A stretch of 63,830 nt of DNA, filler included, from Reclinomonas americana ATCC 50394 (GCA_048213135.1; 21 parts of 21 records of this genome joined end to end with filler, not necessarily neighbours in it); one strand, 5' to 3'; positions 40,199 through 51,750 are shown, counted from the whole stretch's first letter. Numbers and translations are program-made. Notes: generated by a model not told the origin, from the sequence alone.

Positions 40199-41731
40199 TC
40201 ACCGCCAGAGCGGTTCGACCCTCTCGTGATTGACGCCCTTGCGACCCTTCCACCCCTTGCCGACGCGGTTCACCACGGGCCACACGACAGCTCTAATCAC
40301 CCGTCTCCTATCTGCTAGGTCGAGACCGTCCCAAGCCATGCTGATTGCTCCACCAGATAGCAGCGTTGCAACGAACGGGTCCACGTCTGACAGGCGTCCG
40401 AGCCGCTGCCTGGCAGCAGTGATAAGGGGCAGCACTCGGGCTTCCTGGTCCACGATTAGTTCGAACCGCCGGTTCTCAGCGGCTTGCTGTCGGACTGCAT
40501 CCAGATACGACTCGTACTCGCCGATCTCGGCAGTGAGCGCTTCGCGCGTAGCTCGAGCTTCGTCGGTCTGGTCGCCGAGAGAAGAGATGAACTCCTGACT
40601 GTCCAGGCGTTTGAATAAAAGTGCAATCACGATCTCATCCAGCATCGTCTCCTGCATGCTGACGTGGAACCCACTCTTCCCGTCTGGTCCGCGGCGACCG
40701 GGCACACCGCTACACACGTAGGTCTTGTATGTGTCACGCGGTAGAGCCTTGCCGTTCTCATCGAGCTTGCGCGATCCCCGGTTCTGCTTTCCTACGCGAA
40801 GGGGAGCGCCGCAGACACCACACAGGGCGATGCCGGACAGGAGGTGCCTGGCCGGCCAGTCGTTCGTTCGTCTGCGAGCCGCCGGCGACATGATTCCCTG
40901 TAGCCGTTGCCAGATGTCGAGGTCAATCAGCGGTGGCCAGATTGCATCGCCAACAATTTTCCCACGGTACTCGCGCTTGCCCGCGTACGCGGGCGTCGTC
41001 AGCATCTGCTTCACGGCTGGGGGAGTCCAGCCCATGTTCTCGCGGTGCGCAACCCGTACGGGACGCCGTGGAGCAATGCCTCGCAGATTGAAGTCGCGCG
41101 CAATCGCATAGAACGTGTCGCCCTCTAGGACTCGACGCGCAGCTTCTTTGACGACGGGAGCCTGCTCCGGGTGAGGCTCAACTCGGATCAACGCTCGAGT
41201 CTGATCGTCGTAGACCCGCCGGTACCCGTAGATGTTCTTACCGTGCGGCTTACCCCTCTCGGCGGCTGCGCGGACGTCTCGGCGGATACGCTCAGACGTC
41301 TTATCTGACTCATACTCAGCGTCGACGGCGTCTTCAAGCAGGCTCCGCCGATCTCGTGCATTGCTCGGGTCGTACAAGCGGCCGTGGGTCGTGACCCAGA
41401 TGCGCACTTCGCGTGCTTTGCATAGGTCAACCAGGTCTACCCACTCACCCACTCGCCGCGAACCACGGCTTGACTCCCAGATCGCGAGGACGTCGGCGGC
41501 GAACTCATCAGCCTCGAGGTCGGCGATCAGTCGCTTGAAGTCCTCGCGCGCTTTGGTGGCATACCTACTGGCGCTACGATCTGTGTCACGGTACGGGCGA
41601 GCGGGGTGCAGTCGCCACCCCTGCCGCTGGATTGCTTGCACGTTCTCATCGTGCTGCTGGTCGGGGCTTTTTCCCGTCCCCTGCCTGTCGCGCGACACAC
41701 GCAGATACTCGCGCACGGTCAACGATGTCAT
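40199..41731 (-). CDS. Large serine recombinase (integrase)
   Basis: YLRVS catalytic Ser, WESSRGSR, YGY recombinase domain, LLSGIALCGVCG zinc ribbon; GGAGG RBS. Confidence 0.95.
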   Translation of the reverse strand: MTSLTVREYLRVSRDRQGTGKSPDQQHDENVQAIQRQGWRLHPARPYRDTDRSASRYATKAREDFKRLIADLEADEFAADVLAIWESSRGSRRVGEWVDLVDLCKAREVRIWVTTHGRLYDPSNARDRRSLLEDAVDAEYESDKTSERIRRDVRAAAERGKPHGKNIYGYRRVYDDQTRALIRVEPHPEQAPVVKEAARRVLEGDTFYAIARDFNLRGIAPRRPVRVAHRENMGWTPPAVKQMLTTPAYAGKREYRGKIVGDAIWPPLIDLDIWQRLQGIMSPAARRRTNDWPARHLLSGIALCGVCGAPLRVGKQNRGSRKLDENGKALPRDTYKTYVCSGVPGRRGPDGKSGFHVSMQETMLDEIVIALLFKRLDSQEFISSLGDQTDEARATREALTAEIGEYESYLDAVRQQAAENRRFELIVDQEARVLPLITAARQRLGRLSDVDPFVATLLSGGAISMAWDGLDLADRRRVIRAVVWPVVNRVGKGWKGRKGVNHERVEPLWR

Positions 41732-41754
41732 TGCCACCTCCAAACTAAACTATA

Positions 41755-42409
41755 TCTGGCGCGAACTGCGCGATCGTCGTCGGTGCCGTGTTCTGGCTGA
41801 CCGCCCTGTGCGGCGGCGGACGGATGCTGCGCGTCGTGCTGGCCGCGACGGCTTTGGCNNNNNNNNNNNNNNNNNNNNNNNNNNNNNNNNNNNNNNNNNN
41901 NNTTAATTAATTAANNNNNNNNNNNNNNNNNNNNNNNNNNNNNNNNNNNNNNNNNNNNGCGTCGGCGGGCCTGCGGGGCGTCCGTGGGGTCAGCGGTCTG
42001 GCGAGTGCTGTGGCCGCTGCGAGACTCTGCGGCCTTCCCGCCCGGCAACGACGCGAGCGTGGTGATCGACTTCGCCGGCGGAGAGGTGCCCCGCTCCCTG
42101 TTCCTCGGAGACCTCTCGGCCGAGCCGCAACGCATGCTGATGCGCTCGGTGCGGCTCGGCGCATACACCGTGGTGAAGGTCGCGCATCACGGCAGCGCGG
42201 ATCAGGATGCCGGACTGTACGACGCGGCGCAGGCGACGGCGGCGATCTTCAGCGCCGGAGCCGACAACGACTACGGCCACCCGCGGGAGGAGACGCTCGA
42301 CCTTCTCGGCGCAACCGGCGCACATCTCCTTCGTACCGATACCCAGGGGCGCATCCTGCTCGGCATCCGCGATGGCCGGCTGCAGGTCTGGACGGAACGG
42401 GACCGGTGA
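41755..42409 (+). CDS. comEC: ComEC/Rec2 competence protein, 3' portion (interrupted by the element; gap at 41859-41958)
   Basis: SGANCAIVVGAVFW.. begins at 41755; after the gap NDASVV, LGDL, KVAHHGS, NDYGHP, RTDTQG; holA-rpsT lie further downstream. Confidence 0.85.
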
Positions 42410-42477
42410 CCGTCCTCACGCGTTCGTGAATATACATCGGGGCGTTCCCCTGTACGCCAGGGAGGTATTCTGCTGCC

Positions 42478-43763
42478 ATGCCTCTCACCCTCGGCGAGCT
42501 CATCGCGGACCCGGAGCTGGACATCCGTGTCGAGTACTGGAACCGCGACGCGGATCCGGTAGTCACGGGTGCGCACGTGTCAGAACTGCTTCGTCCCGGC
42601 GAATGGCTGGCAGGCGGCGAGATCCTGATGACCGTCGGTGTGCAGCTTCCGATCACACCGGACGACTGCGCCGCCTACGTCCGCGACGTCAAAGCGGGCG
42701 GTGCGGTCGTTCTCGCGCTCGGTCTCGGGCACCGGCTCCCGCACCGGTCGGTGCCGCCGCTCCTCATCGAGGCGGCGGTGGCAGAGGACCTTCCCCTACT
42801 CGGCATCCCCGAGGAAGTGCCCTTCATCTCGATCACGAACGCGGTGTACGCGGCGATCGTCCTCGACGAGCGGCACGCTCTGGAGCGCCTCGTCGAACTG
42901 CACAAGTCGCTGACGTTCAGTGCGGCATCCGGAGGCGGACTGGAGGGGATCGTCGCGACCTGGACCGCGGCGACCGGCGTCGGCGTCGTGGTCACCGACC
43001 CCCTCGGCGTGCAGATCGTGGCCAGTGATCCCTCGGAGGGAACCCATCCCGAGGAGGAGACGCTGCGCGAGCTCGCGGCCGTGCTCGCTCCGAAAGGCGT
43101 GCGCGGGGCGCTGAAGACGACGATCGACGGCCAACCCGTCGAGGTGCAGCCGGTCGGAACGACCAGGCTGCGTGCGTTCGCGATGCTCATCGGCAACACG
43201 GGTCCGCTCATCCCGGTGGCGACCACCGCGCTGATCTCGATCCTCGCGCTCGAGCTGGAGCGACGATGGCTGACGAGCGAGCCGGACAGACAGCAGCGAG
43301 CGCGGGACTTCCAGCGAATCCTCATCGCCGAGTCGGAGAGCGAGGCCGAGGCGCTGCTCCGCGCCGCGGGGCTGACCGGTGCTGAGTTCCGATGCATCGC
43401 CGTCGATCCCGGCGACGGATCTCCCACGGACCTGGTCGCAGATCTCTCACTGACCATCCGGGGCGGGCTCATCCGGCACACCGAGGGCGGGCCCGTGGAG
43501 GCCATCGTCGCGAGCGACGCCGACATCGAGGAGGACATCCGCCGCTTCGCCCCCGCATCGGCCGCGGGGATCGGATCGTTGATGACCCCCGGGACGCTCG
43601 CGTCCTCGCGGGCGCAGGCGATGGCGGCGCTGGTCACCAGTCGCACGCTCGGGCGTCCGGTCGCCTACCGACGCGGATTCACGCAGGACTGGCTCACGAA
43701 CGCGACCGACCTCGAGATGGCGCAGACGTTCAGCGATGCGGTGCTCGCGCCGCTCACCCAGGC
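42478..43763 (+). CDS. PucR family regulator, 3' partial
   Basis: AHVSEL..WLAGGEILMT, VPFISI. Confidence 0.9.
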
Positions 43764-43863
43764 NNNNNNNNNNNNNNNNNNNNNNNNNNNNNNNNNNNNN
43801 NNNNNNNTTAATTAATTAANNNNNNNNNNNNNNNNNNNNNNNNNNNNNNNNNNNNNNNNNNNN

Positions 43864-44247
43864 GCGGAAGCTCCGGGATCGGTGGCCGACGGCCAGAATG
43901 ATCGCGGAGTAGCTCAGCCATTCCTCACCCACGCGGACGCGCCTGCCGACGACGTCGAGCTCCTCGGCGGGTCGACCGAGCCGCAGGTCGATGTCGAGTT
44001 CGCGCGTGAGCTCGTCCACATCGCGCAGCAGCACCTCCGGCGGTGCCGACTCCGTGATGAAGTCCTTCGACAGAGGAGGACGGTCGTAGGGCGGATGTTC
44101 CTCGTCGCCGATCATCATCAGCGCTCCGGAGTAGCCTGCCTGCCTCGCGCCTTCCGCCGCGCGGAGACCGGCCAGGCCGGCGCCGATGATGATCAGCGGC
44201 GGAGCAGGTTCTTCGACAGACTCGGGAGCAACGATCGGCGTCTCCAT
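43864..44247 (-). CDS. Ferredoxin reductase (FAD/NADH), 3' partial
   Basis: IIGAGLAG, GDEEHPPYDRPPLSK. Confidence 0.9.
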
Positions 44248-45399
44248 CAGCCGACTCGATCTCGCACGGTCATGGGGAACGCGGAATATCCCCAGACGCC
44301 GATGCGGTCACGGCGGACGACGCGATCGGTCGCGACCTCGAAGGAGTCCCAGCGGCTGACGGCGTGCTTCAGCAGGGTGCGCATCTCGAGACGGGCGAGA
44401 TGCTGTCCGAGGCACGCGTGGATCCCGCCGCCGAATGTGATGTGCGGATTCGGCGACCGATGGATGTCGAGCACGTCAGGATCGGTGAAGACGCGAGGAT
44501 CGCGGTTCGCAGCGAGGATGGCGAGCTGGATGGACTCGCCGGCCTTGATGACCTGATCGCCCAGCACGATATCGCTGATCGCGACTCGTGCGGTGAACGG
44601 CGAGGGCGATGCGAAACGGAGGAACTCCTCGGCAGCGCCCGGAATCAGTTCGGGGTCAGCCTTCAGCTCGTCCCAGACGTGCGGGAACTGCGTCATCGCC
44701 TCGAACGCCGCCGGAATGATGGTGGTGGTCGTCTCCGTGCCGGCGGAGACGAGCTCTTCGAGGCGGATCACGGCCTCCTGCTCGGACAGCAGCGTTCCTT
44801 CCTCCAGGCCCCGATGCAGCTTGTAGAGGACCGTGCCGGGCTCGGCGGTCGGCCCGAACGTTCGCAGAGCGTCGCGGAGGTGGTCCTCCAGGTTCTGGGC
44901 GGCGGCGTCGCTGAGCTCCAGGTCGATGCTCTCGAGATGCGGCTCGAGTGAACGGGTCAGGTCGATGGCCCAGTGGTTGAGCTGCAGCGCGTCCTCGGGC
45001 TCGTACCCGATCAGCTTCGTGACCACCGCGAGCGGCAGCGGCACGGAGATCGAGTCGAGGACGTCGAACTCGGTGTCGGCTTCGAGGTCGTCCAGGAGGC
45101 GGATGACCGTCTTCTCCACGATGTCGGCATAGTCGCGCTCGACCGCGCGGGGCGTCAGGAGCGGTGCCGTGTGGCGTCGCAGGCGGGGATGGTCAGGCAG
45201 GTCCGTCGTCACGAGCGCGCCCTCGATGCCTCGAGCGATCGCAGTGCCTTTGCCGAACGGGCACTGCTGCGCGTAGTCGGTGATCTTGTAGAGGCTCGCG
45301 TGGGCCTCTTCGAGGTTGTTGAGCACGCTCACGACGTCGGCGTGGCGACTGATGATCCAGCTGCCGGCGGCATCCGACCAGTGGACCGGGTTCTCTTCC
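44247..45399 (-). CDS. Cytochrome P450, 5' partial
   Basis: DLPDHPRLR, AGTETT, EEFLR, ANRDP, FGGGIHACLG. Confidence 0.95.
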
Positions 45400-45509
45400 N
45401 NNNNNNNNNNNNNNNNNNNNNNNNNNNNNNNNNNNNNNNNNNNTTAATTAATTAANNNNNNNNNNNNNNNNNNNNNNNNNNNNNNNNNNNNNNNNNNNNA
45501 GCGTCGTGC

Positions 45510-46921
45510 TCATGGCATGGTCCTTTCAGTGGAGAGGATCGGGAGGTCGGCGGACGTGAGAGCAGGACGATCGAGGACACGGGACAGGATCACGAACAGG
45601 ACGGCGGTCACGAGCCCGCCGAAGAGGATGGACATGTCGACGCCGCCGAGCCACCGGGAGATGGGGCCCTGGTACGACGCACCGTTCAGGGAGAGGAGGG
45701 CGATGACCGATCCGACGAGCAGAGCGACGATGCCGGAGATCCGGAAGCCCCCGCGGTACCAGAACGGGCTGTCCGGGGAGGTGACAGACAGGGCTCGGCC
45801 GTCGTAGCGACCGCGACGGCGGATGCTGTCGATGAGGAGGATCGCCGTCAGCGGTGCGGCGATCGAGCCGAGGCAGGTCAGTCCGAGCTGGAGGATGCCC
45901 AGGAAGTCGTCGGCGAGGAAGAGCACGTAGACCGTGGCGGCGGCGGCCGTGAGGCCGAGTGCGATCACCGCGGTCACCCTGTTCACCGGAACACCGGCGG
46001 CCTGGATGCCGAAGCTCCCGCCGTAGATCGTCATGACCGTGTTCATGATCGAGCCGATCACGATGACCACCACGAGGACGGTTCCGAACCAGTCGGGAAC
46101 GAGTCCCACGAGGCCGGCGATCGGGTCGGTCATATCGGTGGCGGTCGCGGCGAGCACGCCGATCAGCTCGAGGCCGACCAAGGGGATCATGCCGCCGAGA
46201 CCGACCGCGAGGATGATCGGGGTGCGTCGTGCCGTGCTCGGGATCTGCCGCGCGAAGTCGGCGGCGCTGCCCCAGGAGAGCGGCATCGCGATGCACAGCG
46301 TCAGGGCGATGATGAAGCCGATCACCGGCTGATCCGTCGGGACCGGTACAAAGGCCGCGAGATCGACCTTCTGCACGACGAAGAAGGCCAGCAGGACGAA
46401 GGCTGCGGCGATGATGATGGTCAGGACACCACTGGTGCGGACCATCATGTTGTAGCCGTAGATGGCCAGTCCCACGGATGTGAGCACGATCAGCCCGCAC
46501 ACGACGGCCGTCGTCGCGGGACCCTGCGCGATGCCGAGTCGCTCGGCGATCACCAGGCCGCCCTGGGTGCCGATGACCAGATTCACGGTCGTCACCATGG
46601 CGGACAGGACGACGACGACGCCGGCGCCGAAGATCCGATTCCCGCGTAGACCGAAGATGGCCCGGGTGATGATCGAGGTCGGCACTCCACCGGCAGCGCC
46701 GAGTGTGGCGAACCACCCCATCAGGAACATCAGGGTGTTCGACAGGAGGATGACGACGACGGCCTGCCACACTTCGAGCCCGAAGAGCATGATCGTCGCG
46801 CCGATGACCACGTAGAGCTGGGTGACGTTGGCCGAGAGGAACATGAAGAAGAGGTCCCGCGGCCGACCGGATCGCTGCTCGTCGGGATGAAGCTCGCGCC
46901 CTGGCTTCGACGGCACTCGCG
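45510..46921 (-). CDS. NCS1 / cytosine-purine permease, 5' partial
   Basis: Many TM helices; RAIFGLRG, ADFAR, FWYRGG. Confidence 0.85.
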
Positions 46922-47038
46922 NNNNNNNNNNNNNNNNNNNNNNNNNNNNNNNNNNNNNNNNNNNNTTAATTAATTAANNNNNNNNNNNNNNNNNNNNNNN
47001 NNNNNNNNNNNNNNNNNNNNNCGTGTGCCTTGGCAGTC

Positions 47039-47167
47039 TCAGGCGCCGTGCACCTCGGCGATCATGACCTGGGCGATGCCGTCGTCATCGATCTCGAAGA
47101 CATCGGGGGCGAGCTCCTCGCAGATCCCGTGGCCTGTGCATTTGACCTGATCAACCATTACACGCAT
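47039..47167 (-). CDS. Ferredoxin (P450-type), truncated near the contig end
   Basis: MRVMVDQVKCTGHGICEELAPDVF; the terminal CP motif is missing, probably through a frameshift or the gap. Confidence 0.75.
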   Translation of the reverse strand: MRVMVDQVKCTGHGICEELAPDVFEIDDDGIAQVMIAEVHGA

Positions 47168-47400
47168 GAGAAGTCCTTCATCGGATTGTCCTTCGGGGGA
47201 CGGGGCGGTCGCGTCTCTGCGCCATCCCATTCCCGGAACGATATGGCGGTAGGTGCTCGTCCGCACATATCCGCCGTGTACAAGAATTCGGCGCAGGTTG
47301 GCTGCTGTGTACGTCGCGGCGAGGTGGGCACGGGTGGTGGAGTGGCGGAACGCCGGTGAGTCTCACGGCCCACTCATCCCTTGTGCGAGGAGAAACGTCA

Positions 47401-48870
47401 ATGTCGACGACACCCATCGAAGAGGCTCGCAGCCTCCTGAACCCATCCAATGCACCCACTCGATACGCCGAGCGCTCCGTCGGACCGTTCTCCCTCGCGG
47501 CCATCTGGTTCGCCATGGCGATCCAGGTGGCGATCTTCATCGCCGCGGGACAGATGACGAGCAGCTTCCAGGTCTGGCAGGTGATCGTCGCCATCGCCGC
47601 AGGATGCACGATCGCAGTGATCCTGCTCTTCTTCACCCAGAGCGCGGCGATCCGCTGGGGCATCAACTTCACGGTCGCCGCGCGGATGCCTTTCGGCATC
47701 CGTGGATCGCTGATCCCGATCACGCTCAAGGCCCTGCTCTCGCTGTTCTGGTTCGGTTTCCAGACGTGGCTGGGCGCGCTGGCACTCGATGAGATCACTC
47801 GTCTCCTCACCGGATTCACGAACCTGCCGCTGTGGATCGTCATCTTCGGCGCGATCCAGGTCGTGACGACCTTCTACGGGATCACGTTCATCCGCTGGAT
47901 GAACGTCTTCGCCTCGCCGGTGCTCCTCGCGATGGGCGTGTACATGGTGTACCTGATGCTCGACGGCGCCGACGTGAGCCTCGGCGAGGTCATGTCGATG
48001 GGTGGCGAGAACCCTGGCATGCCGTTCTCGACCGCGATCATGATCTTCGTCGGCGGCTGGATCGCGGTCGTCGTGAGCATCCACGACATCGTGAAGGAGT
48101 GCAAGGTCGACCCGAACGCGTCGCGAGAAGGTCAGACGAAGGCCGACGCGCGATACGCCACGGCGCAGTGGCTCGGCATGGTGCCGGCATCCATCATCTT
48201 CGGATTCATCGGCGCCGCCTCGATGGTGCTGGTGGGGGAGTGGAACCCGGTCATCGCCATCACCGAGGTGGTCGGCGGCGTGTCGATCCCGATGGCGATC
48301 CTCTTCCAGGTCTTCGTGCTGCTCGCCACCTGGTCGACCAACCCCGCAGCGAACCTCCTCTCGCCGGCGTACACGCTGTGCAGCACGTTCCCGCGGGTGT
48401 TCACGTTCAAGACCGGTGTGATCGTCTCGGCGGTCGTTGGCCTGCTGATGATGCCGTGGCAGTTCGCCGGCGTGCTCAACACCTTCCTGAACCTGCTCTC
48501 GAGTGCTCTCGGCCCGCTCGCGGGGATCATGATCAGCGACTACTTCCTCGTGCGCCGTCGCCGCATCAGCCTGCATGACCTGTATCAGACCAAGGGCATC
48601 TACACGTACTGGCGAGGGGTCAACTGGGTCGCACTCGCGGTCTACGCGGTCGCGCTGGCGGTGTCGTTCCTCACTCCTGACCTGATGTTCGTGACCGGCC
48701 TGATCGCTGCCCTTCTGCTGCACATCCCGGCGATGCGATGGGTGGCGAAGACCTTCCCGCTGTTCTCCGAATCCGAGAACCAGAACGAGGACTACCTGCG
48801 ACCGATCGGCCCTGTGGCGCCGGCGGACGAATCAGCGACTGCGAACACGAAGGAGCAGAACCAGCGATGA
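47401..48870 (+). CDS. hyuP: Hydantoin permease, Mhp1/HyuP (NCS1), 489 aa
   Basis: Matches the Microbacterium Mhp1 sequence as recalled almost throughout (LLNPSNAPTRYAERS, FWFGFQTW, GGWIAVVVS, TNPAAN). Confidence 0.92.
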   Translation: MSTTPIEEARSLLNPSNAPTRYAERSVGPFSLAAIWFAMAIQVAIFIAAGQMTSSFQVWQVIVAIAAGCTIAVILLFFTQSAAIRWGINFTVAARMPFGIRGSLIPITLKALLSLFWFGFQTWLGALALDEITRLLTGFTNLPLWIVIFGAIQVVTTFYGITFIRWMNVFASPVLLAMGVYMVYLMLDGADVSLGEVMSMGGENPGMPFSTAIMIFVGGWIAVVVSIHDIVKECKVDPNASREGQTKADARYATAQWLGMVPASIIFGFIGAASMVLVGEWNPVIAITEVVGGVSIPMAILFQVFVLLATWSTNPAANLLSPAYTLCSTFPRVFTFKTGVIVSAVVGLLMMPWQFAGVLNTFLNLLSSALGPLAGIMISDYFLVRRRRISLHDLYQTKGIYTYWRGVNWVALAVYAVALAVSFLTPDLMFVTGLIAALLLHIPAMRWVAKTFPLFSESENQNEDYLRPIGPVAPADESATANTKEQNQR

Positions 48871-48925
48871 GAATCCATGTCATCAATCCCAACAGCTCGG
48901 TGGATCTCACCGATGCGGTGGCCGA
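48867..48925 (+). CDS. hyuA: Hydantoin racemase, N-terminal fragment
   Basis: MRIHVINPNSS; ATGA-coupled to hyuP. Confidence 0.8.
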
Positions 48926-49025
48926 NNNNNNNNNNNNNNNNNNNNNNNNNNNNNNNNNNNNNNNNNNNNTTAATTAATTAANNNNNNNNNNNNNNNNNNN
49001 NNNNNNNNNNNNNNNNNNNNNNNNN

Positions 49026-49525
49026 CCGGCCGCCTCGCGGTGATCGGACCGACCGGATGCCGGTACCTGCAGGACGAGCGGCAGACCAACTACGTCCAGA
49101 ACGGCTGGAACATCACCGGCGACACCTTCGTGATGGACGAGGAGGGCTACTTCACCTTCCATGCGCGGAACGACTCGATGATCATCACCGCTGGCTACAA
49201 CGTCGGTGCACCCGAGGTCGAGGAGGCCGTCGCGGCGCACCCCGACGTGCTCGAGTGCGCGGTCGTCGGACGACCGGACCCCGAACGGGGGAGCGTCGTC
49301 AACGCCTTCGTCGTCCCTCGTGCCGGCGTCGACCCGAGCGATGATCTCACCACGGCGATCCTCGGTGTGGTCAAGGAGCGGCTGGCGATCTACAAATGCC
49401 CGCGCCGCATCGACTACGTCGACGAGCTGCCGCGGAATCCCAGCGGGAAGATCCAGCACTTCATCCTTCGCGAGCGCGCAGCGGCCGAAGCCGCTGCCGC
49501 CGCCCTGATCAGCCAAGGAGCCTGA
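49026..49525 (+). CDS. Aromatic acid-CoA ligase (2-aminobenzoate-CoA ligase-like), C-terminal part
   Basis: GPTGCRYL.DERQ..YVQNGWNITGD, GYNV..PEVE, SGKIQ. Confidence 0.8.
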
Positions 49526-49526
49526 C

Positions 49527-50381
49527 ATGCGTGTCGCCGTCATCGGAGGAGGGCCAGGAGGCCTCTACTTCTCCGCACTCATGAAGCAGCTGAACCCCGA
49601 TCATGACATCACCGTCTGGGAGCGCAACGCTCCGGATGACACGTTCGGCTTCGGCGTCGTGTTCAGCGACGAGACCCTCGGCGGCATCGAGAACGCCGAT
49701 CCCGTGATCGCGCAGCGGATGGGCGAGCAGTTCGCGCGATGGACCGACATCGACATCCTTTTCGGAGGTCGCACCCACACCATCGGCGGCCAGGGCTTCG
49801 CCGCCATGGGCCGCAAGGAGCTGCTGCAGCTCCTGCAGCAGCGGTGCCTCGAACTCGGCGTCGACATCCGGTTCCGCACGGAGGCGCCGGATGCGGCGGA
49901 GTTGATGGGCACCCACGACCTCGTGCTGGCAGCCGACGGCGTGAACTCGCGGGTGCGAGGGCAGTTCGCCCGCGAGCTCGGTCCAGATCTGGATCGGCGG
50001 GTGTCGAAGTACATGTGGCTGGGCACCGATCGTGTGTTCGAGGCCTTCACCTTCGCCGTGCTGCGGACCCCGCATGGCGTCATGCAGCTCCATGGGTACC
50101 CGTACTCCGATCAGGGCAGCACGTTCCTGATCGAGATGCACGAGGACGTCTGGCGCGCGGCGGGCTTCGACGCGACCGAGGGTGAGATCTTCCCCCCTGG
50201 GGTCAGCGACATGTATTCGGTCGAGAAGATCCGCGAGTTCTTCGCCGACGTGCTCGACGGGCACGAGGTCCTCACCAACAACTCGAAGTGGCTGAACTTC
50301 ACCACCGTCCGCAACGAGCACTGGCATCACGAGAACCTCGTGATCCTCGGGGATGCTGCGCACACCGCGCACTTCTCGATC
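49527..50381 (+). CDS. Anthraniloyl-CoA monooxygenase / salicylyl-CoA 5-hydroxylase, FAD domain, 3' partial
   Basis: GGGPGGLY, ERN.PDDTFGFGVVFS, ADGVNS, GDAAHTAHFSI. Confidence 0.88.
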
Positions 50382-50481
50382 NNNNNNNNNNNNNNNNNNN
50401 NNNNNNNNNNNNNNNNNNNNNNNNNTTAATTAATTAANNNNNNNNNNNNNNNNNNNNNNNNNNNNNNNNNNNNNNNNNNNN

Positions 50482-51193
50482 CGACCACCCTCAGGAGGGC
50501 GCGACGGTCGTGCTGCGGCACACGGGGGCGAGCGTCCGCGGCAAGAAGCTCCTCGACGCGCTCCGCTCCGGCACCGGGGGCGGTATCGAGATCGCGGTCC
50601 CGGCGATCAAGCGCGACAGCGACAGGGTCGACTTCGCCGCGGGCGAGTTCCGCTCGGCGAAGAAGCGCATCGCGCCGCCCGCACTGCGAGCGCTCGTCTC
50701 GGCCTTCGCCGACGATCTCACCGAACTCGCCGCGGCATGCCAGCAGCTGATCGGCGACGTCGAGGGCGACATCACGGAAGACACCGTCACCCGGTACTAC
50801 GGCGGCCGGGTCGAGGTCTCGGCCTTCGTCGTCGCAGACACGGCGATCGCCGGTCGTTACGGCGAGGCGCTGATCGCGCTGCGTCATGCACTGTCCTCCG
50901 GTGCCGACCCCGTGCCGATGGTGGCGGCATTCGCCATGAAGCTCCGCGGCATGGCGCGGGTGGCGGGCAATCGAGAACCCAGCAGGCAGCTGGCTCAGCG
51001 CCTCGGCATGAAGGACTGGCAGGTCGATCGCGCACGGCGCGACCTGGCCGGCTGGAACGAACGCTCGCTCGGCATGGCGATCCAGGCGACCGCGCGCGCC
51101 GACGCCGAGGTCAAGGGCGCCGCGCGCGATCCGATCTTCGCCCTCGAGCGCATGGTGACTGTCATCGCCACCCGTGAGCCCTTCGGGGCATAG
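50482..51193 (+). CDS. holA: DNA polymerase III delta subunit, 5' partial
   Basis: LRH.G..RGKKLLD, ELAAACQQL, WQVDRARR, ADAEVKG; convergent with rpsT. Confidence 0.9.
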
Positions 51194-51203
51194 GGCGGGC
51201 ACG

Positions 51204-51230
51204 AAAAAGCCCGCCTCGGTGAGGCGGGCT
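51204..51230 (-). terminator. Intrinsic terminator of rpsT
   Basis: AGCCCGCCTC-ggt-GAGGCGGGCT with a U tract on the minus strand. Confidence 0.8.
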
Positions 51231-51268
51231 GATTCAGAAGCTGATGCTCAGTGAGCAGAAGCGTTCGC

Positions 51269-51529
51269 TCAGAGAGCGGAGACCTGCTTGGCGAGAGCCG
51301 ACTTGCGGTTCGCGGCCTGGTTCTTGTGCAGAACGCCCTTGCTGACGGCCTTGTCGAGCTTGACGGCGGCCTTCTTGAGGGTGGCCTCGGCAGCGGTCTT
51401 GTCGCCGGCGGCGACGGCGGTCTTGGTCGAGCGGATGAGCGTCTTGAGTTCGCTCTTCACGGCCTTGTTGCGCTCGTTCGCCTTGATGTTGGTCTTGTTG
51501 CGCTTGATCTGCGACTTGATGTTTGCCAC
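51269..51529 (-). CDS. rpsT: 30S ribosomal protein S20
   Basis: [42 protein letters not shown] start. Confidence 0.97.
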   Translation of the reverse strand: MANIKSQIKRNKTNIKANERNKAVKSELKTLIRSTKTAVAAGDKTAAEATLKKAAVKLDKAVSKGVLHKNQAANRKSALAKQVSAL

Positions 51530-51750
51530 GTGTGGAACCTTCTGTACAGGAGTGATGGGAAATGCTGGCAGCAGAAGAGGGCTGCTGCACAGCGGTCGTA
51601 TGGGAAGAACCCACACGCAAGCCAAGAGTCGAGTCTATCAGCAGAGGACTCGATCACGCGAAACGGCTGCAAGAAGCGGTACTGAGTCGCGGAAACGCTG
51701 GTACCGGGTGCAGAATCAACCTTATCCGGACACCGATGTCGAGGAGCCAC

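Larger units (their letters stand above)
28579..41754 (-). mobile_element. Integrative mobilizable element, core region; right junction at about 41754 inside comEC, left end not seen
   Basis: Large serine recombinase, xis-like HTH, relaxase/MobC and defence-type cargo; abrupt switch to comEC coding sequence at 41755. Confidence 0.8.
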
